Translations under genes and position numbers: made by a program | From: a virus | Strand: one strand, 5' to 3' | Length of the DNA: 33,036 nucleotides | IMG/VR virus record: IMGVR_UViG_3300039796_000001 | Span: 1 to 33,036 of that record | Notes under the pieces: model-generated | Databases searched by the model: none | What the model saw: the letters and a program-made list of their open reading frames with translations, nothing else | What the model was told of the DNA's origin: nothing | Shown here: one piece after another, positions 1 through 9,735 of the stretch | How the letters are laid out: each line of letters starts with the position of its first letter | Numbering within the stretch: the first letter of the stretch is position 1

Positions 1-108
1 ACCGAAAAACTATTAAAGTTAAAATGGTGGGATTGGCCGATAGAAAAAATACGTAAATATTCGGGTCATATTTCAAAAGGTACTTTAATTATTGCAAAAG
101 AGATATAA
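1..108 (+). CDS. vat: 3' end of the Vat-like acetyltransferase gene, a duplicate of 32910-33017 created by the overlap (partial).
   Basis: Frame 1 reads TEKLLKLKWWDWPIEKIRKYSGHISKGTLIIAKEI*, identical to the C-terminus of ORF 32406-33017. Confidence 0.9.
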   Translation, partial: TEKLLKLKWWDWPIEKIRKYSGHISKGTLIIAKEI

Positions 109-127
109 AAATGAGTAAAGCAATAAC
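1..127. repeat. Terminal overlap copy A. It is identical to 32910-33036, giving a unit length of 32,909 bp.
   Basis: Direct reading: accgaaaaactattaaag...aaaaatgagtaaagcaataac occurs at both window ends with a constant offset of 32,909 and no mismatch seen. Confidence 0.95.
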
Positions 128-407
128 ATTCGATACTTTAAGGTACGCTAAGAAACTTAGAGAAGCCGGAGTATCAGAAAAAGCAGCCGAAATACAAGCA
201 GAGGCTTTGAAAGAAGTTATAGAAGATAACCTTGCTACAAAAAGTGATATTTGGGAAGTTAAGAGAGATATTGAAATAGTTAAAAGTGAGTTAAAGAAAG
301 ATATTGAAATACTTAAAAGGGACTTAACTCTGCGTATAGGCGCTATGTTCGCTGCATCAATTAGTATTTTAAGTTTCGTATTAACAGTATTGCACAAAGT
401 TAATTAA
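111..407 (+). CDS. DUF1640-like coiled-coil protein with a C-terminal membrane anchor.
   Basis: 98 aa. The N-terminal pattern is FDTLRYAKKLREAGVSEKAAEIQAEAL and the heptad-like repeats are DIEIVKSELKKDIEILKRDL. The terminal hydrophobic helix is IGAMFAASISILSFVLTVL. The gene starts 2 nt after the vat stop. The family name is from memory. Confidence 0.7.
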   Translation: MSKAITFDTLRYAKKLREAGVSEKAAEIQAEALKEVIEDNLATKSDIWEVKRDIEIVKSELKKDIEILKRDLTLRIGAMFAASISILSFVLTVLHKVN

Positions 408-435
408 TAAAAGGGATATAAAGTGGATAAATCAT

Positions 436-630
436 ATGAAATTTAAAGTAGAAGACTACACTGCTGATGACGAAAACATAACCACTAGAATAACATCTGA
501 AAATAATGATATTGAATATAGGATGGTTATTAATCCCCCAGAATGGACGAAAGAAGAGCCTTCTCTAACTATTAATATTAAAAGCTATGACTCTAAAAGA
601 GTTGTTAAGAAAAAATCTAAGAAGGCTTAG
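436..630 (+). CDS. Hypothetical 64-aa protein with a basic tail.
   Basis: ORF track only. It is the last plus-strand ORF before the hairpin terminator at 647-686. The RBS is weak. Confidence 0.4.
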   Translation: MKFKVEDYTADDENITTRITSENNDIEYRMVINPPEWTKEEPSLTINIKSYDSKRVVKKKSKKA

Positions 631-646
631 CAGAATTATTCTAAAG

Positions 647-686
647 ACTTCCGATAAATCCTAATATCGGAAGTGTGGGTTTTATC
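647..686. terminator. Hairpin terminator between convergent genes.
   Basis: A perfect 10-bp stem, acttccgata (647-656) with tatcggaagt (665-674), encloses an 8-nt loop. It is followed by gtgggtttta on the plus strand and a T-rich stretch on the minus strand. Confidence 0.65.
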
Positions 687-730
687 AAAAAATACCGTGT
701 TTTATGCTGTTTTTCGGGGCTAGTTAATAA

Positions 731-1342
731 TCAGTTCAGAATTTCAGTCAATGATTTTGAATTTTGTAGTTGTCTAATTGCATTGGTTAATGCCTTGTTA
801 AAGGCGGCCTTTAACGTATCATTACCGCCCCAAGCAGTAATTACAGAGCCATGTCCTCTAATTATATCCTGCCAAACAATAGCATGGCTAATTTCATTAT
901 AAACGCGGATATTCAATTCAACCTGAACTCCAACAGTTCCTTGAACCCAACCCATTACATATTTAGGCTTTACTTCTATTAGTTCACAATCAAAAAGGTA
1001 TTTAGAACGATTTGACAGGCTATATCCCATTTGATTTAGACCGGTAGATAATGCCTCTTTAACAATATTGGCAAGAGGTTTTTCTGCCAAATAACCTCCG
1101 GAGGTTACATTATTATACATATTCTGTTTGTGTATTATAAGCCGAGGATCTTCAACATCTCGTTTATCTTGAACACTGACTGAAACTTTCTCAGCATGAG
1201 ATACCTTTAAAATACCACCACTATTTGCATCAAGATGATAATTCAATGCTAAGTTCTCCTTTGTCATGGCACATCCTGACAAAAAAGCTATGCTACATAA
1301 GGTGATAGGTAACCTAATAAAAGACATCATTTTTTCTCTCAT
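731..1342 (-). CDS. Lipoprotein, possibly of the YajG-like family.
   Basis: A signal peptide ends in the lipobox LSGC (Cys24). The ~200 aa size and the C-terminal helix KAAFNKALTNAIRQLQ are reminiscent of YajG (tentative). The start could instead be the ATG at 1330 or 1327. Confidence 0.7.
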   Translation of the reverse strand: MREKMMSFIRLPITLCSIAFLSGCAMTKENLALNYHLDANSGGILKVSHAEKVSVSVQDKRDVEDPRLIIHKQNMYNNVTSGGYLAEKPLANIVKEALSTGLNQMGYSLSNRSKYLFDCELIEVKPKYVMGWVQGTVGVQVELNIRVYNEISHAIVWQDIIRGHGSVITAWGGNDTLKAAFNKALTNAIRQLQNSKSLTEILN

Positions 1343-1461
1343 TTTTATTTTAAAAATAATTTACATATAATATTTCAATATACTTATTTTTGCAAACTAA
1401 TTTTTATGAAAATGCGTGCTAATATTTGATATCATGCTAGACGATAATATAGGAGTTAATT

Positions 1462-2160
1462 ATGAAGAATTATAAAAAAGAATTGAAAATATTAACAGAT
1501 TCATTGAAGAACCTATTAGACATATTAAAAGAAGAGAAAAAAGAAGCTATGGAATCTATGCAGTTTTCAAGCGAAGGAATGCTTGTTAATTACGTTGATA
1601 TTGGGGGTATAAATTATAGTATATCTTGTTTAAAAAATTTACTATCCACCCCTAATGAAAGCTTCAACTTCTTAAAAGAACTTATAAAGGCTGAGCAAGT
1701 ATTTAAAAATGTTCCTTATTTTCCTAAATTTAGACATTTCGTGCCAGACCGAGAAATTGTCTATGCCGAAATTGATAATCAAATAGATGAATTGGGAAAA
1801 AAGTCACATGAATTAAAAGATGACGCTTATAGTAAAGCTACTAAGCTAATATCTTCACTCAGAAAATTAACTACCGATTTATTCGTAGAACAAACCATTA
1901 AATATCCCGAATATAAAGTACGCGCTATAGAAATAATTGAAACCCAAAGAGAAGGATTAGATACACATGTAGGGTTTAAGGAAATTTTGGCAAATTTATT
2001 GATATTAATTGCCACGCTAGGTACAGCACAATTGGTCAATAAGAAAGTAACTGGAAATTTACTATTTTTTACTAAAACAGATTCGTGTGAAAAACTAGAT
2101 ACTCTTATTAAGACCATAGAAGATAGAGAACAGTATTTCCCTAGTACATCTAAGGCGTAA
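1462..2160 (+). CDS. Hypothetical helical protein with one hydrophobic segment.
   Basis: AGGAG lies 7 nt upstream of the ATG. 232 aa with a hydrophobic stretch ILANLLILIATLGTAQLV. No family recognised. Confidence 0.6.
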   Translation: MKNYKKELKILTDSLKNLLDILKEEKKEAMESMQFSSEGMLVNYVDIGGINYSISCLKNLLSTPNESFNFLKELIKAEQVFKNVPYFPKFRHFVPDREIVYAEIDNQIDELGKKSHELKDDAYSKATKLISSLRKLTTDLFVEQTIKYPEYKVRAIEIIETQREGLDTHVGFKEILANLLILIATLGTAQLVNKKVTGNLLFFTKTDSCEKLDTLIKTIEDREQYFPSTSKA

Positions 2161-2304
2161 TTATTTTTTCTTCTTAGACCTTCTTGCTTGCGAATAAGCT
2201 ATAGCAATTGCTTGCTTCTGTAGCTTATTCGCTTGCATTTCTCGTCTAATATTTTCTGAAAAGCCCTTCTTAGTACGGGATTTTTTACCTGATATTAAAG
2301 GCAT
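2161..2304 (-). CDS. Small basic phage protein of 47 aa, not in the ORF track.
   Basis: My translation is MPLISGKKSRTKKGFSENIRREMQANKLQKQAIAIAYSQARRSKKKK*. AGGTGA lies 5 nt upstream of the ATG at 2304. The KQAIAIAYS..AR pattern is recalled from small conserved phage proteins. Confidence 0.55.
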   Translation of the reverse strand: MPLISGKKSRTKKGFSENIRREMQANKLQKQAIAIAYSQARRSKKKK

Positions 2305-2307
2305 ATA

Positions 2308-2541
2308 TCACCTAATTGTGCTGAAAATAGAAAATGTAAAATGCTTAAGAGGAAAATTTATATTACTAACAGTATAATTTGATTGAATTAATCTGACATA
2401 GGCTAATTTTTCAGAAAATGTCATTTTATTACCGTCTGAATTGTACATTTTTATATCATCCAACGTATCTGATTTTGAAAATGCACTGACTTTATGAAAA
2501 GTATCTAACATTTTCTGTAGCTCATTATAGTTAGGTAGCAT
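2308..2541 (-). CDS. Hypothetical 77-aa protein.
   Basis: An internal ATG at 2541 (MLPNYNELQK...) overlaps the terL stop by 11 nt. The longer track ORF from 2586 would run deep into terL. Confidence 0.4.
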   Translation of the reverse strand: MLPNYNELQKMLDTFHKVSAFSKSDTLDDIKMYNSDGNKMTFSEKLAYVRLIQSNYTVSNINFPLKHFTFSIFSTIR

Positions 2542-3994
2542 AATAAACAATCTCGGTAGCGACATCCCGAACCATCTGATGCTCAATGGCTAGGGTCATG
2601 GTTTGAAAAGCATCGACAGCGTGTGAAGTCCAATCGTGTAGAGGCGAATCTTTGTAGATATTATTTTTCTCATCAAACACCTTGGAGTAATTGGATAGGC
2701 AATCAATCAATCTTTCCGTATTTTCCTTATTAAACTTGGTTCTATAAAGTATTCTACGCATCAAATTAATGGCATCAATTTTACGCTGAGGTTTAGGTAC
2801 GCAATAAGCGGCCTCCCCTAGTTCTTGTAAAATGTCTTGAGTGCTTTTGGCAGTGGCCTTATCTCGGCTTTTACCATCATGCGGTAAAAAATGGCTGTGT
2901 AAACGAAGATGGTGTCGAGTGCAAAGGCGATGCGCTTCATTGACATAATATTGAATCGGATGATTATTGGCTTCAATAAAGTGGATAATGACCGGATTAT
3001 TTAAATGATCGAATTGTGCTAAAACAACAGCAGTTGAATCATTAACCCCTAAATCATAGAAGGCATAGACCGGAACATTGGGCAAAATCAGCTCAGGAAT
3101 AATTTTCTTAGTTTCGTCCAAGTTTTGAACTTCTTTGGAAAAATATAATCTTTCATGTTGTACGGTAATGACTGAATAATACTCCTGCTGAATTAGAAAT
3201 TCAGGCATACCGGCTTTACGGTCTTCATCGATTAATTCATCGGTAACGTATCTATTGCCGTTTTCATCTTTAAGGCTTTCGACGCTATCAATACGCCATA
3301 CCCAAGCCGGATTGGTTTTGATGGATTGTAGATAACGATAGGCATGATTCATGCCGTTAAAAGTGGTTTGTAAAATAAACCAGCCGTTATTTTGTCGAAA
3401 GACTGGCATAAGAATATGTAAAACTCGAGGGTCAGAAAACGCATATTCAGAGAAGACAGCTCCAAGCACATTCACCCCTCTTAACTTATCTGGGTCGATA
3501 TCTGACCCTAGTACTCGAATCACAGAGCCGTTAATGAGCTGTATGGTCATATCTTGGTTATTGATATGCTTGATACACCTCTTAGGGATCATATCCAGGA
3601 AGCGAAGACTTTTCCCTTCATTCTCATCATTCAATAATACGGCACCTTCCCATAGCACAAGGCGTGCCCGTACATTGGTGGGATAGATCATCAAATACAA
3701 CCCGGCTTGAGTCAGTGCCCCTTGAATCAGGAGGTTCCACGACTCAACCTCTTTTCCTGAACGTCTAGGTCGTACTAAAAAAAATCGTTTATAATTTTCA
3801 GTAAATAATTTGTGCTGTATTTCTAATTGATAAGGTCTTAGCTGTAAACACGGCAAAGAGACGGCTTCTGTTTTGCCAAACTTTAAAACAAGATTATTTT
3901 TATCATCGCGCTCCCAGGTAAATTGCCCATACGATCGTTTTTGTAGATGCGCTTTTAAATGGTTGATTTCTTTTTTAAAAGTAGCGAGTTGCAT
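2531..3994 (-). CDS. terL: Terminase large subunit, T7 gp19-like.
   Basis: 487 aa with a Walker-A-like RPRRSGKE after LRPYQLEIQ. It is the last large gene after the tail fibre, as in T7-type gene order. Confidence 0.85.
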   Translation of the reverse strand: MQLATFKKEINHLKAHLQKRSYGQFTWERDDKNNLVLKFGKTEAVSLPCLQLRPYQLEIQHKLFTENYKRFFLVRPRRSGKEVESWNLLIQGALTQAGLYLMIYPTNVRARLVLWEGAVLLNDENEGKSLRFLDMIPKRCIKHINNQDMTIQLINGSVIRVLGSDIDPDKLRGVNVLGAVFSEYAFSDPRVLHILMPVFRQNNGWFILQTTFNGMNHAYRYLQSIKTNPAWVWRIDSVESLKDENGNRYVTDELIDEDRKAGMPEFLIQQEYYSVITVQHERLYFSKEVQNLDETKKIIPELILPNVPVYAFYDLGVNDSTAVVLAQFDHLNNPVIIHFIEANNHPIQYYVNEAHRLCTRHHLRLHSHFLPHDGKSRDKATAKSTQDILQELGEAAYCVPKPQRKIDAINLMRRILYRTKFNKENTERLIDCLSNYSKVFDEKNNIYKDSPLHDWTSHAVDAFQTMTLAIEHQMVRDVATEIVYYAT

Positions 3995-3996
3995 TT

Positions 3997-5964
3997 CTAA
4001 TATTTTATAACGAAATTAGCTGCAAAGTTTGATGGACGTGATTCTTTTCCACCAAAATCAACTGTAATATTTGATGATCCCAATGAATTATCACCGCCAG
4101 CGAAAGCAGTGACACTAGTGTTTGGGTTTAAAAGCGCAAAATTACCATTACGTGATGAATGATGGTGAGAATAAATTTCATCAAACTGAAATGAACCGAT
4201 AGCATTATTAATCAATCCTTGACCATAATTAAAATAGCGGTCATCCACTTTCACACTGCCATCTTGGTTCCAGCCGCGAATGAATGTATCTTGTAAATCA
4301 GGTACAGCAAAATAAAACTGATTGATGGCAATTTTAATCTTTTGGACAACTTGTGCGAGAGTATCAGACTGCACAAAATCGACAGGAATATTGGTACCTG
4401 AAATGGTCGGTGGTTCGCCTTGACCATTTATTCTAGCAAAGACATTAAAGTTTGCAGCACTCGTTGAAAACGTCCAGTAATCGCCGGGTTTAATCGTGCT
4501 TGCATCGGTACACGTTATACGTGTTAATTGATGTCCGCCTATAAATTCAGCGAGATAAATAGCGACATCTCTAGCGGTATGTGTCGATAAAAGTGGTAGC
4601 AAGATTGCAGTTAAGTAGGATGGGACAGGATTGGTGCCTTGGCCATTTACAGTGAACCACACTCCGAAGGTATTGATTGTATTTGCAAATTTAAACCATT
4701 TACCGGCTAAATTATTAGCAGCAGTACAATTGATGTAGAAAAGTGGTTTTACTCCTGCAACATTTCTTAGTTGAACGATATTAAACCCACTGGTTTGTAC
4801 ATCGGGTGCTGTAACAGAAGCGGCTATTTTTCCTTGTACATAAACACGATTAGGGTAATCAGAACTTAGGAAGGCATTCACCGCATAATTATTGCCTGCA
4901 AATGGCGTTTCTATGGTAAATCCTGATGTTCCTGCTGTACTTGCCCTTGCTGCATGGATTCGATTTGTGGTTAAAATGAGTTGGTTGTTGGCATTAAGGT
5001 TGGCAGTAACAAAGCTAGTACTCGTACCAAATCGATAATACCCTGTTTCTTCATTCCAAAGTTTTTTTGCTAGACGTAGATAAGGAATATTATCGGCCGA
5101 AGAACCTGACCGTAAATAACGTGTGCCGACACAGAGTAATTCACCCATCTGAGCTTTAGGATAAACAGCAGCAAATATCTTTCCCACATCACCATCATAA
5201 ATAAATAAGCTGCCTTTACCATAATAAACCGGTAAGCCTTCACTTAAACCATCGGGTTCTGGTATTGGTAAAAAATCATGTAGATACTTAATATAGGTCT
5301 GTAATTGATTTAAAAAGGCTTGCAAGGTCAAACCTTGTTTTTGAATATTATCGTAATAACCAATTAAGCCCGTTCCATCTCCTCCATTCGGGAATTGACT
5401 AGCCAATTCCGAACGTAAGGTACTGACATTGGTATTTTCAATTTGGGCTGCGATAATTTGTCCGTTTCGACTGAGCCAGACTTGATTGTCTTTGGTGGTT
5501 AAGATGGGTAATTTATTAGATAAATTAGAAGGTAGATAACTATTAATCACATACTGCAAGCTATCGGTATCTAATTCGGTTTGAAACTGCTGCATAATCA
5601 GCAAAACACGTTCAAAGGCGGCATCTAAGGTATGGCCATTAAAGGTTTGTGCATTGCCAAACTCTGTATCGATACTGACCTGCATGCTACGTACTAAAGT
5701 AACAATACTACCGTTGCTAGGTATTTTATCTTGAACAAAGGTAATGGTACCACCCGTCATGGTTCCCGTATCTTGAACAGTATAATCCTGATTTAAGATA
5801 CAAAGATCTTTATCCGGATTAGCCGCATCAGTTGGCTGTGTCACATAAACAGCGATATCTTCTTCGATCAAGATTAAATAGGTGTAGTTGAAGACAGCCG
5901 TTGTACCATCTGCAATATATTGGTTAATCGTTTTCTGCTGCGGTAAATAGCTTGTAATATTCAT
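3997..5964 (-). CDS. Tail fibre.
   Basis: The N-terminal ~140 aa follow the T7 gp17 adaptor pattern (INQYIADGTTAVFNYTY...IAVYV...GSIVTLVRS...TFNGHTLDAAFERVLL). The C-terminus is tail-collar-like (IYSHHHS...GGKESRPSNFAANFVIKY). Confidence 0.8.
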   Translation of the reverse strand: MNITSYLPQQKTINQYIADGTTAVFNYTYLILIEEDIAVYVTQPTDAANPDKDLCILNQDYTVQDTGTMTGGTITFVQDKIPSNGSIVTLVRSMQVSIDTEFGNAQTFNGHTLDAAFERVLLIMQQFQTELDTDSLQYVINSYLPSNLSNKLPILTTKDNQVWLSRNGQIIAAQIENTNVSTLRSELASQFPNGGDGTGLIGYYDNIQKQGLTLQAFLNQLQTYIKYLHDFLPIPEPDGLSEGLPVYYGKGSLFIYDGDVGKIFAAVYPKAQMGELLCVGTRYLRSGSSADNIPYLRLAKKLWNEETGYYRFGTSTSFVTANLNANNQLILTTNRIHAARASTAGTSGFTIETPFAGNNYAVNAFLSSDYPNRVYVQGKIAASVTAPDVQTSGFNIVQLRNVAGVKPLFYINCTAANNLAGKWFKFANTINTFGVWFTVNGQGTNPVPSYLTAILLPLLSTHTARDVAIYLAEFIGGHQLTRITCTDASTIKPGDYWTFSTSAANFNVFARINGQGEPPTISGTNIPVDFVQSDTLAQVVQKIKIAINQFYFAVPDLQDTFIRGWNQDGSVKVDDRYFNYGQGLINNAIGSFQFDEIYSHHHSSRNGNFALLNPNTSVTAFAGGDNSLGSSNITVDFGGKESRPSNFAANFVIKY

Positions 5965-5968
5965 GGGC

Positions 5969-8365
5969 TTATTGTCCGTAATACATTTTTTGACCTGGTG
6001 CTAAATAAGATTTATCACCGAGGATCTGATTGAGATAAGGGCCGATAATCGGCATCGTATCGATAGGTAGAATATTTTTAGCAATATTTTTTATTTCTTT
6101 CCCTGCTTTCTTTGGGTTAGCTGTCGCAACAGCCCCTCCTAATGAAACGGTATCTAGTAATAGTTTTACGCTAGGCGGTGTAAACATTTTTGCCAAATCG
6201 CCTGACCCTCTATAATCAGGGTCAACGGTTTGCATGAAAACCCCAAAATTTGGGTTAACTAAATCCACTAAATAACTCATTTTTTGAGGGATGTTCATTT
6301 TGGAAAACAATGGCATGCTTTTGCCGTGCGATAAGTTATTAAATAGATTTGACATATAACTTAGAGGTAGGGTTGCGGCAAACATCGCTAATGCCCAACG
6401 TAAGCGCATTTGGGTATTCATAGCATCTTGAAAGCCTTGCCATATCACTTTGTCGGCATAGGTTAAAGCGAACCCTTTAAACTGCATCACCATGCGGAAT
6501 GCTTCCCCCCAGCCTGTACCTGGCCGTGTACCATAATACATAAAGGATTTCATAAAGTTATCTGGGGCTAATACGGCATTATCAGAAGCAACCGAAAATA
6601 TCGAATAAACCTTTCGATACAAATCATTACGCATCTCATAGCGAGGTTTTGTATTGCCATATAACGCTTTTAACTCGTCATCTGTGACAGCTTCTACATT
6701 GGCCGTTGTAAATAATCCTTGTTGATTCTTGGTTCGAAGTAAATCCCACTCTTTTTCCCCTAAATCATATTTTTGTAATTGCCAGCGCGTCGCGTTATTT
6801 AAGTTTTTCCAAGATTGATCACGTTGGTTATATAATCCTTTAGAGATAATGTGCATTAAGGAATGCCGATTTCCTTTGTCAAAGGCTTCCAGCAAATTGG
6901 CTCTAAAAAAACCTGTGGTCACTTTCTGAATGAGTTCAGTTCCATTGGTTAAATCTGCAAAGCGAGCGATATAACCGAGATGGCTATCTGCCAGAAGCTT
7001 GAATTGCTTCGCAATAAACGTTCGCTCGGCATCGGCAAAACGATCAAAGGTATGTGCTATCGTTGAAGCAAAGCTTTGGAAATATTGATTGCCCCATCGC
7101 TGTGCAAAAGAAGCGATATAGACAGAATCAGGCAAACTCTGTAATACGATAGTCGATAGCCTCGCTGTAGCGGTTAAAGCACGTATATTGGAGCCAAACG
7201 CAGCAATGGTGGGGCTTACTGCTCCCTTATTTTGCTGCATGACTTCTTTATATATCTTGTCAGTATTATCATTCCAATATTGATTTTTAGGTGCTTTTTT
7301 CATCTGAATCTTTTTCAGATCAAGATAAACCGATGCGGGGTTATCACCCATTAGTTCAGCAGTGCCAATACGATTTCCAGAACTATTGAGATCACCATTG
7401 ATAGCTTTAAACAAATTACCTTGACCATATTCTCGGCTATAATTCAAAAAAGACTCATGATCTTTCCAGTAAAAGAACATATGTGCCTTTCTTTTAACGG
7501 CTTCTCTATCATTGATAATCGTTGAACGCGTGAATATTTCACTTTTACCCGTCGTGATATTGTCATAAATCGTTTGTAATCGTTTATCCACTTCCGACTC
7601 AAGGAGTTTGCTTTCTGTATCAATGGCTTTACTGCCAGCAAAGGTTTTCTCTAAATTGAGATGCGTTTTTATGAATGAAACCCATCGTTTCTCTGCATTT
7701 TTAATGGACTTAGAACGCATTTCAGCCGATAAGTTATCAAGACTTAACCGCTTTTCCATACTTCGCCCACCTTGCATCACTAATCGTTGATCATGCACGG
7801 CTCGTATAAATCGATCGGTATTCACTTCACGCAGACGTAAGGCATTGGAGGTAATTAATTCTGGATTACGGACATCGATATAATTTTCTATTTTTTTAGC
7901 GAGTTGTTTGGCTAAATCAGGCGCTGCTTTACCATCTAAGGCACGGGCAATGGAAATATCGTTATCTTTGTTTTGCAAATAACTTAATTCTTCATCTGAC
8001 ATCCCTTGGTATAACGCTTTGAACAAGCGCTGTTTAGCGGCTTTTTGATAGGCCTCAACATTCATAGATAAGTTCGTATAACGTTGTGCTAATAATGAAC
8101 GTATATCAATATTTTTGGTTTTTAAGGTGGTTGCTAAGTTATCAAATTTACGAATATTATTTTGTGTGACTAAGGCGTCTTCAAAGAAAGACTGTAATTG
8201 TTCTTTATTGACATCCTCAATGGCTTGGCTAATAGCCTTCTGACTGCGTAAACTATCGTAACTTCTCGCTTTAGCTAATACGTCATTGACGTAAGTATGC
8301 AAATCATCTGTATTAAAATGAGCTAATTGTTTAAGAGCTGTATCAAAACAGTGTTGATTCTTCAT
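5969..8365 (-). CDS. Internal virion / ejection protein, large (gp16 position).
   Basis: 798 aa. The call rests on position between the core proteins and the tail fibre in T7-type order. No polymerase motifs seen. Confidence 0.6.
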   Translation of the reverse strand: MKNQHCFDTALKQLAHFNTDDLHTYVNDVLAKARSYDSLRSQKAISQAIEDVNKEQLQSFFEDALVTQNNIRKFDNLATTLKTKNIDIRSLLAQRYTNLSMNVEAYQKAAKQRLFKALYQGMSDEELSYLQNKDNDISIARALDGKAAPDLAKQLAKKIENYIDVRNPELITSNALRLREVNTDRFIRAVHDQRLVMQGGRSMEKRLSLDNLSAEMRSKSIKNAEKRWVSFIKTHLNLEKTFAGSKAIDTESKLLESEVDKRLQTIYDNITTGKSEIFTRSTIINDREAVKRKAHMFFYWKDHESFLNYSREYGQGNLFKAINGDLNSSGNRIGTAELMGDNPASVYLDLKKIQMKKAPKNQYWNDNTDKIYKEVMQQNKGAVSPTIAAFGSNIRALTATARLSTIVLQSLPDSVYIASFAQRWGNQYFQSFASTIAHTFDRFADAERTFIAKQFKLLADSHLGYIARFADLTNGTELIQKVTTGFFRANLLEAFDKGNRHSLMHIISKGLYNQRDQSWKNLNNATRWQLQKYDLGEKEWDLLRTKNQQGLFTTANVEAVTDDELKALYGNTKPRYEMRNDLYRKVYSIFSVASDNAVLAPDNFMKSFMYYGTRPGTGWGEAFRMVMQFKGFALTYADKVIWQGFQDAMNTQMRLRWALAMFAATLPLSYMSNLFNNLSHGKSMPLFSKMNIPQKMSYLVDLVNPNFGVFMQTVDPDYRGSGDLAKMFTPPSVKLLLDTVSLGGAVATANPKKAGKEIKNIAKNILPIDTMPIIGPYLNQILGDKSYLAPGQKMYYGQ

Positions 8366-9735
8366 AAGCTACCTTGTAAACACTGCATTAGGTCATTAAA
8401 GACCTGTGATTTAGTTTTAAATTCCTGATACCTTTTGAGCGCAGGCTGTACTTCCTTCGATAAATCACTGTCTTCTACTGTGTGTTTTGAAGCTATCGGT
8501 GATAATTCAGCTTCTTGTTTTAGAGTATCTTGATATTGCTTTAAGCGGCTTTTAGCATCGAATGATTGTTGTTCAGCGAGTTTAGTATTAGGCAATTGAT
8601 TTTCGATTCGTTGTTTTAAATAGTCTTTCACAGCATCGCTATTTGCTAAAGGTTCAGAACCGGCATCGATGTGGTCAATGATATTGTATAAAAACGGCCT
8701 CCAATCCTCTTCACCTTTGGTATCAAGCTCTGACAAAATGCCTTTCAGACCGGCGCTTAATGCAGGATTTTGTTTGAGTCTATCTAACGCATTTTTTTGG
8801 ATGAAATCCGACAGTACATTGGGGTTATTGATACCTTCACGGGCTAATAATTCCTCTGGTATAACCGACTGTAAGGCTTTAATATCATTAGGCGTTAATA
8901 GCGACACATTCACTTTATTATTGATAGGATTAACAGAGAGATCAGGATGATTTTTTTGTAGTAGTTCAGCGGCATGTTGTTCAAGTTCAGGGTTCTTTGG
9001 ATTTTTTAGATATTCCTGAAACCAAGCTTTTTCTTCTGGCGTAATACGCTTATTCGTTTGTGCTTGATTGAGCATTCCTTCTGTTATGTTATTGGTTTTA
9101 ACACCATTAAAAAATTTAGAACGAATCACGCTGGCTACAAAGGGAACAGAACCTAAGGCTAATCCAATCCCACCGGCAATAGCCGTAGATTTAATAAAAT
9201 GCGAAACATCCACTTTATTATCGGCTGTTATCGATTCAGCTAGATTTTGAGGAATCAATGGCGCAGTACCAATACCAGAAACAGTTAATGCTTTTTCTCC
9301 CAGTGACCCCATGGTTTCAGTGGATAATTTTGAGATCGTTTTTCCAGCAAAGTTTGACAAAAATTCCGGTGCTAACGCTGAAGCACCTCTAACAGCACCT
9401 TTAGCTAACAATCCACCTACACCACCTAATGCGATATTAATGGGGTTTAATCCAAAGCCTAATACGGCAGCAATTCCATCGCCAAATTTTTGTGTTAACG
9501 GTAAGTCAGATACTTCAGTTACATTTTGTATCGCATGATAGAGATCATTAAGTGATGAAAAGTGCGGATGTAATCCCGATAATGATCCTATTTTGTCTAA
9601 AGCCATTTCAGGTGCTATCAATTGTCCTAAGACATTCCCAGATAGTGAAGCGCTATAACTGGGAGGACTAAATTCGGCTTGTTGTTGGTATTGTTCTCTA
9701 AAATCAGGCTTTACTATCGCATTACTGAGTAGCAT
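8362..9735 (-). CDS. Internal virion protein with Gly-rich hydrophobic segments.
   Basis: 457 aa. Segments such as GIAAVLGFGLNPINIALGGVGGLLAKGA and IAGGIGLALGSVPFVASV suggest membrane insertion. An ATGA-type overlap joins it to the next gene. Confidence 0.6.
   Translation of the reverse strand: MLLSNAIVKPDFREQYQQQAEFSPPSYSASLSGNVLGQLIAPEMALDKIGSLSGLHPHFSSLNDLYHAIQNVTEVSDLPLTQKFGDGIAAVLGFGLNPINIALGGVGGLLAKGAVRGASALAPEFLSNFAGKTISKLSTETMGSLGEKALTVSGIGTAPLIPQNLAESITADNKVDVSHFIKSTAIAGGIGLALGSVPFVASVIRSKFFNGVKTNNITEGMLNQAQTNKRITPEEKAWFQEYLKNPKNPELEQHAAELLQKNHPDLSVNPINNKVNVSLLTPNDIKALQSVIPEELLAREGINNPNVLSDFIQKNALDRLKQNPALSAGLKGILSELDTKGEEDWRPFLYNIIDHIDAGSEPLANSDAVKDYLKQRIENQLPNTKLAEQQSFDAKSRLKQYQDTLKQEAELSPIASKHTVEDSDLSKEVQPALKRYQEFKTKSQVFNDLMQCLQGSL

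Noticed and set aside
1-127. The 127-bp direct terminal repeat as a genuine T7-style terminal redundancy.
   Set aside because: The repeat covers the last 36 codons of the vat gene and the start of the next gene, whereas T7-type terminal repeats are non-coding packaging ends. The length equals a common maximum assembler k-mer, so a circular-assembly overlap is the simpler reading.
89-397. A long antisense ORF opposite the DUF1640-like gene. Similar shadow ORFs lie at 675-902, 1827-2117, 3351-3686, 7444-7790, 8669-9538, 9820-10056, 10658-10840, 11843-12049, 15748-15942, 19915-20142, 22675-22860, 23485-23829, 25233-25466, 31508-31762 and 32457-32720.
   Set aside because: Each lies entirely within, or largely overlaps, a longer ORF with recognisable motifs or operon context. 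They have low-complexity or hydrophobic translations typical of antisense frames and no RBS.
1343-1461. Specific -35/-10 assignments for the divergent lipoprotein and 232-aa gene promoters.
   Set aside because: Several TTGxxx and TAxxxT hexamers are present, but none has acceptable 16-18 bp spacing in my reading. The region is so AT-rich that matches are not informative.
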